Positions 8,678 to 18,639 of a stretch of DNA of 64,000 bases are shown one piece after another (the first letter of the stretch is position 1; every line of letters starts with the position of its first letter). The DNA comes from a bacterium (lineage in GTDB: Bacteria; UBP15; UBA6099). The DNA is taken from positions 4,618 through 68,617 of the forward strand of contig DAOSYA010000007.1 of assembly GCA_035380865.1 (NCBI GenBank), written 5' to 3'. Made by a program: the position numbers and the translations under genes. The notes beneath the pieces were generated by a model, which saw only the letters and a program-made list of their open reading frames with translations, was not told the DNA's origin and ran no database searches.

Positions 8678-10323
8678 GATTCCAGCATCGACTCCCCTCT
8701 CTTTTTACGATGGAACGAAATCGCGAACCTGTGCGCCTCGGCAATACATCTCTGAACCAGTTCCGAGGCAGGCTCCCCCGCATCGAACACAATCGGTGTC
8801 TCCTGCCCCATCACATGCGATATGCCCGTTTTTTTCGCGTACCCGATAACGACGGGCGGCGTGTTAATGCCGGAATCATGGATTCCCTCCTGCACAGCGG
8901 AAACCTGCCCTTTCCCTCCATCGACGATCACCAGGTCCGGCGCCTGCTCATCGCCGGAGATCACGCGGCTGAAAAACCGTTTCGCCATCTCCCGCATGGA
9001 AGAGAAATCATCACGCCCACCGCTTCGAATTATAAACTTGCGATAATTATTTTTATCCGGCTTCGCATCTAGAAAAGCAACCGCCGCGCCGACCGTATTC
9101 GTTCCCTGTATGGTCGAAATATCAAAACATATTATCCGCCGAATCAGCTTGCGCGACTCCACGCGGGCCGTTATCGCCTGCGTCATCCGCCTTCTGTTTT
9201 CCCTGTCCATCGTGGTGCGCCGCTGTTCGTCCTCGAGTCGCCGGCGCGCATTGCGCAGCGCGTGTTCCAGCATCTTCTTTTTCTCGCCCCGTTTTGGAAC
9301 CCTGAGAGTAACCGCCCGCCCCGCCTTTTCCCTGAGCATCCGGGTTATGAGCTCCGGCTCATGCGGCTCATGGCTCATCAGCACTTCGCCGGGGATGGAA
9401 CTCGCCTGCTCATAGTACAGAGAAATAAAAGCGGTCAGGATATCCGGCGGCTGCTCACCTTTGCTTATATCAAGAATGACCGGATCGTGCCCCGTAAGCC
9501 GCCCGTCGCGAATAAACATAATCTCCGCGCAGGCAAGGTTTTCTCCGGATGCGATACCAATTATGTCCCTGTCACGCCTGTCCGGGAAAATCACGGTCTG
9601 CTTTTCACCGATAACCGACTGCAAAGCCTGCAACCTGTCGCGCAGAACCGCAGCCCTTTCGAAATGCTGCCCGGCGGCGGCTTCTTTCATCGCGCTTTCG
9701 ATATTTCTCACAACCTCGTGAGCGCGTCCTTCGAGGAACAAAGTTATCGCGCGCACATTTTCGGCATATTCCCCGGGCGAAACATCGCCCGAGCATGGGC
9801 CGGGGCATTTTTCGAGATGATAGTAAATGCAGGGCTGTTTTTTCATCCTGTCGCAGTAACGCAGCGGGAAAACCCGCTTGAGAAACCTCACGGTGCCCCG
9901 CACACCGGCAGCAGATGAATAAGGCCCGAAATACGTTGCCCCGTCTTTCTGTATTCTTCTCACGAACTGGAGCCGCGGGAAATCCTCGTTCGTCAGCTTG
10001 AGAAAAGGATAGCCCGAGTCATCCTTGAGCCGGATGTTATACCGGGGCCGATGTTTCTTTATCAGCGTGGATTCGAGCAGGAGCGCTTCCAGCTCGTTTT
10101 CCGTCAGGATGAAATCTATCTCGCGGATGGCCTGCACGAGCAGCCGCGTCTTCTCCGAATCAGCATGGCTCGAATTGAAATAGCTCGAAACCCTGCTCTT
10201 CAGCGACTTCGCTTTCCCCACGTAAATAACTCGTCCGCGCAAATCCTTGTAGATATACACACCCGGACTCGCCGGCAGATCGGAAACCGTTTCACGCAGC
10301 GATTTTTCGATTTCTTTATCCAT
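8674..10323 (-). CDS. uvrC: excinuclease ABC subunit C
   Basis: N-terminal GIY-YIG (GVYIYKDLRGRVIYVGKAKSLKSR), UvrBC-interaction region and C-terminal endonuclease/HhH domains. Confidence 0.9.
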   Translation of the reverse strand: MDKEIEKSLRETVSDLPASPGVYIYKDLRGRVIYVGKAKSLKSRVSSYFNSSHADSEKTRLLVQAIREIDFILTENELEALLLESTLIKKHRPRYNIRLKDDSGYPFLKLTNEDFPRLQFVRRIQKDGATYFGPYSSAAGVRGTVRFLKRVFPLRYCDRMKKQPCIYYHLEKCPGPCSGDVSPGEYAENVRAITLFLEGRAHEVVRNIESAMKEAAAGQHFERAAVLRDRLQALQSVIGEKQTVIFPDRRDRDIIGIASGENLACAEIMFIRDGRLTGHDPVILDISKGEQPPDILTAFISLYYEQASSIPGEVLMSHEPHEPELITRMLREKAGRAVTLRVPKRGEKKKMLEHALRNARRRLEDEQRRTTMDRENRRRMTQAITARVESRKLIRRIICFDISTIQGTNTVGAAVAFLDAKPDKNNYRKFIIRSGGRDDFSSMREMAKRFFSRVISGDEQAPDLVIVDGGKGQVSAVQEGIHDSGINTPPVVIGYAKKTGISHVMGQETPIVFDAGEPASELVQRCIAEAHRFAISFHRKKRGESMLES

Positions 10324-10504
10324 CCATAGACAACCCTGATTAATTCTTCCTCTGATATATTATTACCGGTACCAGGCATTATATTATGAAAAAATATTTT
10401 TATTGCAAAACAGGATGCTTAAACTAAAATTTATCCGGTAAGCATTAACCTGAATTTCTCGCAACGAAATCCGGGTTAAATTCAATGTAATCGGGAGCTT
10501 CGAA

Positions 10505-12124
10505 ATGAGCGCCAACGACAAAATCTACAACATCGGGATAATAGGTCTCGGGGACAACGGCACGATGCACACCAACGGGTTCGCCAGGCTGAACAACTGC
10601 CGGGTGGCAGCTATATGCGATAAGAGAACAAGCGCAAGGCAGCGAATGATGGACACGCTGAAAGACGACTCAGTGGTTTCGACTTCCGACTACCGCAAAG
10701 TCTGCAAAATGGAAGAAATAGATGCCATATCGATTTGCACGCCGACATATTTTCATGTCCCGATAGCGGAATGCGCGCTCGAAAACGGAAAAGACATCCT
10801 GCTCGAAAAACCGATCGCGCCCACCATCGAGGAAGTCGATGCCCTGATAATCAAGGCAATGCACACAGACAGGATTGTACAGGTCGGGCTGGTGTACCGG
10901 TATTGCAACCTGTACAGAACGGTTGCTCAGATGGTGGAGAAAGGCGACTTCGGGGACATCATGATGGCCTATTGCAAAGAGTACCGCGACAATTTCCCGA
11001 CACAGTGGTTTTTCGAAACCGCCAAATCCGGTGGCGCGATACTCGACAAGAACTGTCATCACTTCGACCTGTTCAGCTGGTTCATTCGCAGCAGGCCCCA
11101 CAGGGTATACGCGATGGGAGGGCAGCATGTCGTGAAAGGCGAACGTGTGCCGATCAACTGCGCGTATGCGCCGGACCAGAATCTGAAAATCAAGAATCCC
11201 GACATTGTAGATCACGCTTTTGTTCTCGTGGAATACGAAAACGGGGCGCGTGCAAACCTCGGGCTGTGCATGTACGAGAAGGAACCGATCGAGGGGCTCG
11301 AAATCGGTATCATGGGAAACAACGGGGCATGGGCGCTCGCGAAGCGCGACGTCAAACTCACCGCGGGTGGCGGGCCGCTCGGCGACCTGCGCGAGGTTCC
11401 GGTGGATTATGTAAACGATAACGAAGGCATAGGGCACATAGGCGCTCACATACAGCACGTGGAGTTCCTGGAATGTATGAAGTCCCGGGAGAAACCGTTC
11501 GCGAGCCTGCTTCGAGCGCGCGAATCGATGGTGATCTCCATGGCGGCGGAAAGATCCATCAAGGAAAAACGCGAGGTGCTTATCAGCGAATTCGATAACC
11601 CGGAAATCACGAAGCTTTTCAAGAAATACGATAAGATCATGTCCGCGCCAAGCCCCGCGCCGCTACCGGCCCCGAGGGAGAAAAAGGAAAGAAAACCATC
11701 TCGCGAAAAACAGATCGTGGACACATTCATCGACCTCGTGCGGCTTATCATGGGCAAGCGCCCGAGAGGCGAAGCCGCTCCGTTCAGCGAAGAACTTTTC
11801 GTCGAGGCCGTTAACAAAGTCAACGAGAACAAGAATTTCAAAAAACAGACTTCGGACCTGAAGGTCGTGGTCGGCTTCGAGCACCCCGGCAAAGAAAAGA
11901 TTTTCGTGGCTGTGAATAACGGAAAAGCCGAGGTTGTAAAAACAAGCGCATCGGGTGCCGAGGCTCTGGTTAGATTCACGGAAAAAGGATGGGAAAACCT
12001 TCAGGCGGGAGACAGTTTGTATAAACTGTTCCTTTCAGGCCAGATCAAGATTGAAGGCGACATGCGAAAACTGTCCAGGTATACCGACGCTTTTATGGAA
12101 ATGGGAAAGCTTCTCGCGAAATAA
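10505..12124 (+). CDS. Gfo/Idh/MocA-family NAD(P) oxidoreductase fused to a C-terminal SCP2 sterol-carrier domain
   Basis: N-terminal IGIIGLGDNG Rossmann fold and EKP motif; Pro/Lys-rich linker; C-terminal ~100 aa (...GQIKIEGDMRKLSRYTDAFMEMGK) has the SCP2 pattern. Confidence 0.8.
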   Translation: MSANDKIYNIGIIGLGDNGTMHTNGFARLNNCRVAAICDKRTSARQRMMDTLKDDSVVSTSDYRKVCKMEEIDAISICTPTYFHVPIAECALENGKDILLEKPIAPTIEEVDALIIKAMHTDRIVQVGLVYRYCNLYRTVAQMVEKGDFGDIMMAYCKEYRDNFPTQWFFETAKSGGAILDKNCHHFDLFSWFIRSRPHRVYAMGGQHVVKGERVPINCAYAPDQNLKIKNPDIVDHAFVLVEYENGARANLGLCMYEKEPIEGLEIGIMGNNGAWALAKRDVKLTAGGGPLGDLREVPVDYVNDNEGIGHIGAHIQHVEFLECMKSREKPFASLLRARESMVISMAAERSIKEKREVLISEFDNPEITKLFKKYDKIMSAPSPAPLPAPREKKERKPSREKQIVDTFIDLVRLIMGKRPRGEAAPFSEELFVEAVNKVNENKNFKKQTSDLKVVVGFEHPGKEKIFVAVNNGKAEVVKTSASGAEALVRFTEKGWENLQAGDSLYKLFLSGQIKIEGDMRKLSRYTDAFMEMGKLLAK

Positions 12125-12132
12125 GAACTTCA

Positions 12133-12262
12133 TGCACAAAGAACGGCTCTTTGTACATGGCACACCAGATAATATTTTTCACTAAGGATTGGATTCCCGC
12201 CTCCGCGGGAATGGCCACGGGGAAGGCTCACTTCAGCGGGCAACCCATCAATCTTCATCTTC
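12133..12262 (+). repeat. dispersed repeat family B copy 1 (short form)
   Basis: tgcacaaagaacggctctttgtacatggcacac...aaggattggattcccgcctccgcgggaatgg...ggctcacttcagcgggc matches 56790..57050, where an extra ~150 bp hairpin module is inserted. Confidence 0.6.
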
Positions 12263-12274
12263 ATCCCCGTAAAA

Positions 12275-12415
12275 GTCGAGATTGCCGCGTCGTTTGCAAG
12301 GCGACAGGCCTTGCTCACTCCTCGCAATGACAGAAGAAGAGACATTAAGGTATATTCACAAAACAGAGTGTCCACGAAGTGAGAACGCAAGAGGACAAAG
12401 AGTGGCCCGGGCCGT
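12275..12415 (+). repeat. dispersed hairpin repeat, family A copy 2
   Basis: Aligns with 1585..1740; lies immediately after family B copy 1 in a convergent intergenic gap. Confidence 0.65.
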
Positions 12416-12438
12416 CAGGCGGTGCCTGCCCGGTGCGC

Positions 12439-13773
12439 CTATTCAGCCGGGGGTGTTTCCCCATTCCTGGGCCGCAGGTCCACAACACGCTTTATCGAAC
12501 CGTTTTCATCCCTGAGCGTCGCAGGTTCCACAAGCTTCACTTTCGCAGCGATGCCAAGCGATTTCTGCATCGCCCTTTCGAGTTGCAGATGATAGGTTCT
12601 CAACTGCTTCATCTCGTCGAGGAAAAGCTCCTCGGATATTTCCACCTTGACCTCCAGGTTATCCTTGTTGTCCTGCCTGTAGGCCACAATCTGAAATTCA
12701 GGGATATTGCCATCCTTCTGAATGAGTATCTCCCTTACGCGCGAAGGATAAACATTGACCCCCCGCACAATGAGGATATCATCGGTCCTCTTCATGACCC
12801 TTGCCATTCTCGCGAGCGTTCTTCCGCAACCACACGGATCGATATCAAGCGTGGTGACATCGCCTGTCCTGTACCTGAGAAGCGGGAACCCCTCCTTGGT
12901 AAGCGTTGTCAGAACAAGTTCTCCCTCGGCGCCGGCGGCAAGTTTTTTGCCCGTTTTCGGGTCGATAATTTCCGCGACGAAATGGTCCTCGTTGATGTGA
13001 AGCCCGCAACGCTCTTCACATTCTCCGGCAACGCCCGGCCCGAGAATCTCGCTCAGGCCGTAGTTGTCGGTGGCCTTGATGAGCAGTCTTTCCTCGACCT
13101 CTTTCCTGATGGATTCGTTCCACTGCTCTGCCCCGAAAAGCCCCACCCTCAAGTTGAGAGATTTCGGGTCTATGTTGAGCTTCTCCATCCTTTCGGCAAT
13201 CGTCAACGCACAATTGGGAGTGCTTGCTATGGCGGTAGTCTTGTAATCCTTTATGATCGTCACCTGGCGGTTCGTGTGCCCGACCGAGGTCGGGATAACC
13301 GACGCGCCGATCCGCTCGGCTCCCTGGTGGAACCCGAACCCGCCTGTGAAAATTCCGTAATCGAATGCTATCTGAACAACATCGTCGCGCGTCACGCCCG
13401 CAGCAAACATTATCCTCGCGCACAGATCGCTCCAGTTTTCCAGATCGTTGCGCGTGTAACCCACAACCGTCGGCAGCCCCGTGGCTCCGCTCGATGAATG
13501 GATCCTTACAATCTCCCTGAGAGGCACCGCGAACATGCCATACGGATAACTCTCCCGCAGGTCATCCTTCGTCGTGAACGGCAATTTCGACAGATCGTCC
13601 AGCGACTGGATATCATCGGGAGTAATTCCGATCTCGTCGAACTTGTTCTTGTAGAACGAGACGTTTTTATAACATCGGTAAACGATTGCCTGGAGGCGTT
13701 CGAGCTGAAGCTGCTCGATATCCTCTCGGTTGAGGGTTTCGATATCCTTGTTCCATACCGGCATTATTCCCAC
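12439..13773 (-). CDS. phenylacetate-CoA ligase (PaaK) / coenzyme F390 synthetase-family aryl-CoA ligase
   Basis: PaaK-family signatures (HSSSGATG, adenylate-forming core); ~60% identical paralogue at 20431..21756. Confidence 0.85.
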   Translation of the reverse strand: MGIMPVWNKDIETLNREDIEQLQLERLQAIVYRCYKNVSFYKNKFDEIGITPDDIQSLDDLSKLPFTTKDDLRESYPYGMFAVPLREIVRIHSSSGATGLPTVVGYTRNDLENWSDLCARIMFAAGVTRDDVVQIAFDYGIFTGGFGFHQGAERIGASVIPTSVGHTNRQVTIIKDYKTTAIASTPNCALTIAERMEKLNIDPKSLNLRVGLFGAEQWNESIRKEVEERLLIKATDNYGLSEILGPGVAGECEERCGLHINEDHFVAEIIDPKTGKKLAAGAEGELVLTTLTKEGFPLLRYRTGDVTTLDIDPCGCGRTLARMARVMKRTDDILIVRGVNVYPSRVREILIQKDGNIPEFQIVAYRQDNKDNLEVKVEISEELFLDEMKQLRTYHLQLERAMQKSLGIAAKVKLVEPATLRDENGSIKRVVDLRPRNGETPPAE

Positions 13774-14498
13774 ACCTCCTTGTATCCTTTACCAAGATAA
13801 GCTCTATTAACTTCCTGGTTTTCCAGCAGTTCTTCAACAGTGCCGTCCAGCACCACCCTGCCGGTTTCGAGCACATATCCGCGGTCTGCGACGGAAAGCG
13901 CAGCGTGGGCGTTCTGCTCTATAAGAACAATTGTGACGCCCTCGCTGCGAAGCCGCTTGATCGTCGTAAGAATAGATGAAACAACAATCGGCGCAAGGCC
14001 CATCGTAGGCTCGTCGAGAAGAAGAATCCTCGGGTGAGCCATCAGGCTTCTCGCGATTGCCAGCATCTGCTGCTCGCCGCCGCTCAGCGTTCCGGCGGTC
14101 TGGCGTTCACGCTCCTTGAGTATCGGGAACAACTCTTCCATGTGCTCGATGTCCTCGCGGATTTCAGCCCTGGACGAAACACGCATCTTGGGATACGCGC
14201 CGAGAATAAGGTTGTCTCTCACGGTAAGAGACGAAAAAACCTGCCTGCCTTCAGGAACCTGAGATATTCCCCTTCTGACAATCACCGCCGGCGAAAGCCG
14301 GTGAATCGGTTTGTCTTCAAGCATAATCTCGCCCGAAGTCGGCCTCAGCAACCCGGATATCGTGTTCAGCAACGTGCTTTTGCCTGCGCCGTTTGCTCCG
14401 ATCAGAGTTACTATTTCGCCCTCGCTCACATGAAACGACATGCCCTTGAGAGCGCGAATAGCACCGTAATTAACTTTTAAACTTCTTACTTTCAGCAT
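13764..14498 (-). CDS. livF: Liv-type ABC transporter ATP-binding protein (LivF-like)
   Basis: Walker A GANGAGKST, ABC signature LSGGEQQ, Walker B LLLDEP. Confidence 0.85.
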   Translation of the reverse strand: MLKVRSLKVNYGAIRALKGMSFHVSEGEIVTLIGANGAGKSTLLNTISGLLRPTSGEIMLEDKPIHRLSPAVIVRRGISQVPEGRQVFSSLTVRDNLILGAYPKMRVSSRAEIREDIEHMEELFPILKERERQTAGTLSGGEQQMLAIARSLMAHPRILLLDEPTMGLAPIVVSSILTTIKRLRSEGVTIVLIEQNAHAALSVADRGYVLETGRVVLDGTVEELLENQEVNRAYLGKGYKEVWE

Positions 14499-14566
14499 AA
14501 AAATACCAGCCCGTAAAGAGCCACTCCGTCAATTATCTCAAACAGCGGAACCAACAACTGTCCCGC

Positions 14567-15742
14567 CTATTTTTCCATCAGTTTCCAGTTGCCGTTTTCA
14601 ACGCCGACCATGACAAGCGCATTTTCCGAAAGCCCGTTATGATCCTCGGCGGAAAAATTAAAGATTCCATCCGTGCCGACAAAATCTTTCGTATTCTCGA
14701 TCTCCTGCCTGATGGCAGCCTTGTCGAGCCCGACTTTTTCAATAGCGTTCACAACAAGCAGAACCGCATCATAAGCATGTCCGCCGTAGTGATCCGGCGC
14801 CCTGTTGTATTTCGCCTCGAACGCCTTTTTGTATTCGAGCAGCACCGACTTCTGCGGATCTGTATCCGGCAACTGTTCCGTAACTATCATTCTCCCCGCA
14901 GGCATTATCACGCCGTTTGCGGCATCGCCCGAAAGCTCGATATATTTCTCATTGGCTACACCATGGCTCTGGACCAGGGGAAGCTCCATTTTCAACTGCT
15001 TCATGTTTCTCGTGATCACGGCCGGGCCGGGATTTGTTCCCCAGCAAATGATAGCTTCCGCTTCTGTTCCCTTGATATGGGTAAGCTGAGCCGTCATATC
15101 CGTATCATCGCCGTTGAACGTCTCCTGCGCCACAACCTCGAAACCTCTCTGAGGAGCGAGCTGCAGCAACTCGTCTTTCCCACTCGATCCGTATGCGTTG
15201 CTGTCATAAATCAGCGCTACTTTATTTATTCCTTTTTCGCTAAGATAAGTCAGTATTTTGGATACCGAATGCCTGTCTGAAAACGCGACTTTGAATATCC
15301 ATTTTTTCACCGGGTCGGTAATCTTTATGCTCGCCGCGCATGAAACCATCGGCACACCCGCTTCTTCGATATAATTGGCGATCGCAAGTGTTGTACCGCT
15401 GAGGCTGGGGCCGATTATCGCTGTAACATTGTCTTTTTCAATGAGCTTTTTCGCGGCCATCATAGCCTTTGTTTCATTGCCCTCGGTGTCTTCCATTATG
15501 ATTTTTATTTTCTTCCCATTGATGCCTCCGGCATTGTTTATCTGCTCCTCAAGCATCAGTGTTGTATCTTTTTCCGGTTCACCTATCGGGGATCCTCTTC
15601 CGGTGACCGACAATATCGCTCCGATTTTTATTACTTCTTCGCTGTCTCCTCCTCCGGGCGCACAACCGACAATAAACGTTGCTGCGAAAGCAATAATGCA
15701 CACACAAAGAAATGTTATCACTGATGTAAACTTTGCTTTCAT
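14567..15742 (-). CDS. Liv-type ABC substrate-binding protein (LivJ/LivK family) 1
   Basis: Lipoprotein signal (IVGCAPGGG); type-I periplasmic binding fold; paralogue at 18640..19833. Confidence 0.85.
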   Translation of the reverse strand: MKAKFTSVITFLCVCIIAFAATFIVGCAPGGGDSEEVIKIGAILSVTGRGSPIGEPEKDTTLMLEEQINNAGGINGKKIKIIMEDTEGNETKAMMAAKKLIEKDNVTAIIGPSLSGTTLAIANYIEEAGVPMVSCAASIKITDPVKKWIFKVAFSDRHSVSKILTYLSEKGINKVALIYDSNAYGSSGKDELLQLAPQRGFEVVAQETFNGDDTDMTAQLTHIKGTEAEAIICWGTNPGPAVITRNMKQLKMELPLVQSHGVANEKYIELSGDAANGVIMPAGRMIVTEQLPDTDPQKSVLLEYKKAFEAKYNRAPDHYGGHAYDAVLLVVNAIEKVGLDKAAIRQEIENTKDFVGTDGIFNFSAEDHNGLSENALVMVGVENGNWKLMEK

Positions 15743-15871
15743 TGTTAACCTCCTCGTTTTGAAGATACCGCCTGCTTACGATATCAGTATTTTTCCGGCC
15801 TTATATCCAAGGAGCATCGCTCCTGAGTAATGAGGGGATTTATTTGATTTTCAAGATACAGCAGAAGATGC

Positions 15872-16684
15872 TCAACGATTCTGTTCGAGATCCTGCCCGA
15901 GATAAGCCGCTACTACCTCTGGATCGTTCTGAACTTCTCTCGGCGTTCCCTCCGAGATCTTCTTACCATAATCAAGCACAACAACTTCATCCGAAATATT
16001 CATAACCAATCCCATATCGTGTTCGACAAGAAGGATTGTTATTCCCTGCTTTTTCAGATTTGCAATTATACCGCCGATCTCTATCGTCTCCGCAGAATTA
16101 AGCCCCGCAGCAGGCTCATCGAGCAGCAGCAAATCCGGATTTGAAGCAAGCGCCCTCGCAATCTCCAGCGCCTTTTGTTTTCCGAAAGGAAGAGAATCAG
16201 CCCTCATGTCCGCAATCTTATCAAGCCCCACCGTTTCGAGCTTTGACATTGCTGCATCCCTGATCGCCTTCTCCTCCCGCCTCATCAAAGGCGTTCTGAA
16301 AATCGAACTCATGAACTCCGATTTGAAGCAATTGTGACAACCCACCATCGCATTTTCCAGAACGCTCATGTTTTTGAAAAGCTGAACGTTCTGGAAAGTG
16401 CGGCAGAGCCCCAGCCGCGCAACCTTATGCTGCGCAAGCCTGTCTATGTTTTTACCTTTGAATTTTATTTGCCCCGAGGTCGGCCGGTAAACACCGCTCA
16501 GCAGGTTAAACACCGTTGTTTTGCCTGCCCCGTTGGGGCCGATCACCGCTTTGACACTGCCTTTTTCCACCCCGAAGCTGACATCGTTCACAGCCACCAG
16601 CCCGCCGAACCTTATCGTCAGATTTTTTACTTCCAGAAACGAATCCTGCATAGCCCGCAAGGCCTGCGCCTTATCTCCCTTCAA
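15872..16684 (-). CDS. livG: Liv-type ABC transporter ATP-binding protein (LivG-like)
   Basis: GPNGAGKTT, LSGGQKR-like signature, LLLDEP. Confidence 0.85.
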   Translation of the reverse strand: MKGDKAQALRAMQDSFLEVKNLTIRFGGLVAVNDVSFGVEKGSVKAVIGPNGAGKTTVFNLLSGVYRPTSGQIKFKGKNIDRLAQHKVARLGLCRTFQNVQLFKNMSVLENAMVGCHNCFKSEFMSSIFRTPLMRREEKAIRDAAMSKLETVGLDKIADMRADSLPFGKQKALEIARALASNPDLLLLDEPAAGLNSAETIEIGGIIANLKKQGITILLVEHDMGLVMNISDEVVVLDYGKKISEGTPREVQNDPEVVAAYLGQDLEQNR

Positions 16685-16686
16685 GC

Positions 16687-17685
16687 TTATGTTTTTTCAT
16701 CCGACTCGCGCATGCCGCGAATCTTTCCGGCAATCATCTGCAACCCGCCGACCAATCCCGTCGGCAGAAATATCACAACCACCATCAGGATCAACCCATA
16801 CATTACCACATCGTAGTCTTTATAATCGCCCAGGAACTCCCCGAGCATCGCCTTGAGAATCGTCAGAAGCGCCGCCCCGAGAATCGCGCCCCAGATGCTT
16901 TCCGAGCCGCCGACAATTATCATGGTCACCAGCATAATAGAGAAATTAAGACTGAAACTGGTGGGACTTATAAAAGTCATATAGTGCGCATACAGACTGC
17001 CGGCAAGCGAAGCGAACATCGCGCTGAGCACAAATATTTTTATCTTGTAATTTATCACATTGATGCCCATCGAAGAAGCCGCGACCTCGCTCGAATGAAG
17101 CGCTCTCAAAGCCCTGCCCACCCTTGACCTTATAAGGTTTATCGAAATCAGGACTGCTATGATCGTAAAAGCCCAGAACAGGTAATACACCTGCATATCC
17201 GTCTTGATCACCGTCCCGAAAATCGAAAGCCTCGGGATTTCTACAATGCCCGACGGGCCTTCCGTCAGCCCCGTCCACTCATTGAAAACAATATACACAA
17301 TAAATCCGAGCCCCAGCGTTGCCACCGCCAGATAATGCCCCTTGAGCCTCAGCGTGGGAATGCCGAGAATCCATGCAATCACACCCCCGAGAACCATAGC
17401 TGCAATAACATCCAGCCATACCGGGCACCCCAGTTTCGCGGTGAGAATCGCTGATGTGTAAGCGCCGATCCCGTAAAAAGCGGCATGCCCCAGCGATATC
17501 TGGCCGGCATGGCACGCCAGGAGATTCAACCCAACCGCCATCATGGAATTCAATGCAACGAATATCAGGATACTTATATAATAGATATTCATCATATTGG
17601 ATTTTACGAGAATCGGGGGAACAAATATAAGAACAATCAGCCCCAGCAGGATTCCATAATCTGATTTAAAAAACGGCTTCTTCAT
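16687..17685 (-). CDS. livM: Liv-type ABC permease (LivM-like)
   Basis: Polytopic membrane protein with the LivM/H conserved-loop architecture. Confidence 0.8.
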   Translation of the reverse strand: MKKPFFKSDYGILLGLIVLIFVPPILVKSNMMNIYYISILIFVALNSMMAVGLNLLACHAGQISLGHAAFYGIGAYTSAILTAKLGCPVWLDVIAAMVLGGVIAWILGIPTLRLKGHYLAVATLGLGFIVYIVFNEWTGLTEGPSGIVEIPRLSIFGTVIKTDMQVYYLFWAFTIIAVLISINLIRSRVGRALRALHSSEVAASSMGINVINYKIKIFVLSAMFASLAGSLYAHYMTFISPTSFSLNFSIMLVTMIIVGGSESIWGAILGAALLTILKAMLGEFLGDYKDYDVVMYGLILMVVVIFLPTGLVGGLQMIAGKIRGMRESDEKT

Positions 17686-17690
17686 CTCGG

Positions 17691-18587
17691 TTATGTTTTC
17701 TCCTGGCCCATCATCATTTCTTTCAGTGGAAGCAATCCCTGAGGCTTAAGAAACAGAACAAGGAGCAAAATCACAAAGGCAATTGCATCTTTATAACCTG
17801 AAGATATAAGCCCGGCCCCCAGAGATTCCAGAACCCCGAGAAGAATACCGCCTACAATCGCGCCCGTGCTGCTGCCAAGCCCACCCAGTACGCAGGCGCA
17901 AAACCCCTTGAGCCCGAGAATCAGGCCGGCATCATATCGAGCAAGCGTGATCGGAGCAATAATAATGCCGGCAACTGAGCCGAGGGCTCCGCTCAATATG
18001 AAAGAGAGCATGAGAATATTTTCAACATTTATTCCCATAAGCCGCGCCGCGGTCTTATTTATCGCCGCCGCAAGCATCGCTTTTCCGGTGAGAGTGTGCT
18101 TGTAAAAAAGCTGAAGGCCCACCACACAGAGGATCGTGATACCGAAAACCCAGAAACTCTGAGGCAGAATCGTAGCTCCCATAATTTCGACCGGAGTGTC
18201 GCCGCTGAAATGTTTCAGTGCATACGCATTCTTTCCCCAGATGAACATGGAAATCCCCCTGAGGAAAATAGAAGCTCCTATCGTGACTATTATAAGAGTC
18301 ATTCCGTCGGAGTTTCTAAGAGGATAAACCGCCAGCCGTTCGAGCAGGAAAGCAACAACCACAGTAACTGCAACAGAGATAAAAAACGCGGGCAGAAGCG
18401 GCAACCCGGCCACCGTTGTCAGGGTGACCATCATGAGACTGCCTATCACAACAAACTCGCCCTGCGCGAAATTGATAATGTTCGTCCCGTTGTAAATGAT
18501 GGTATAGCCCAGCGCAATGAGAGCATAACTGCTGCCCATAACAAGACCGCTTAATACATACTGAACTATCTGGCTGAAAAATGACAT
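17691..18587 (-). CDS. livH: Liv-type ABC permease (LivH-like)
   Basis: Polytopic membrane protein, LivH family. Confidence 0.8.
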   Translation of the reverse strand: MSFFSQIVQYVLSGLVMGSSYALIALGYTIIYNGTNIINFAQGEFVVIGSLMMVTLTTVAGLPLLPAFFISVAVTVVVAFLLERLAVYPLRNSDGMTLIIVTIGASIFLRGISMFIWGKNAYALKHFSGDTPVEIMGATILPQSFWVFGITILCVVGLQLFYKHTLTGKAMLAAAINKTAARLMGINVENILMLSFILSGALGSVAGIIIAPITLARYDAGLILGLKGFCACVLGGLGSSTGAIVGGILLGVLESLGAGLISSGYKDAIAFVILLLVLFLKPQGLLPLKEMMMGQEKT

Positions 18588-18639
18588 TATTCAAAAAAAG
18601 GGGGAGACGATGGTGTCCCCCCCTCGTCCTATTCATAGT

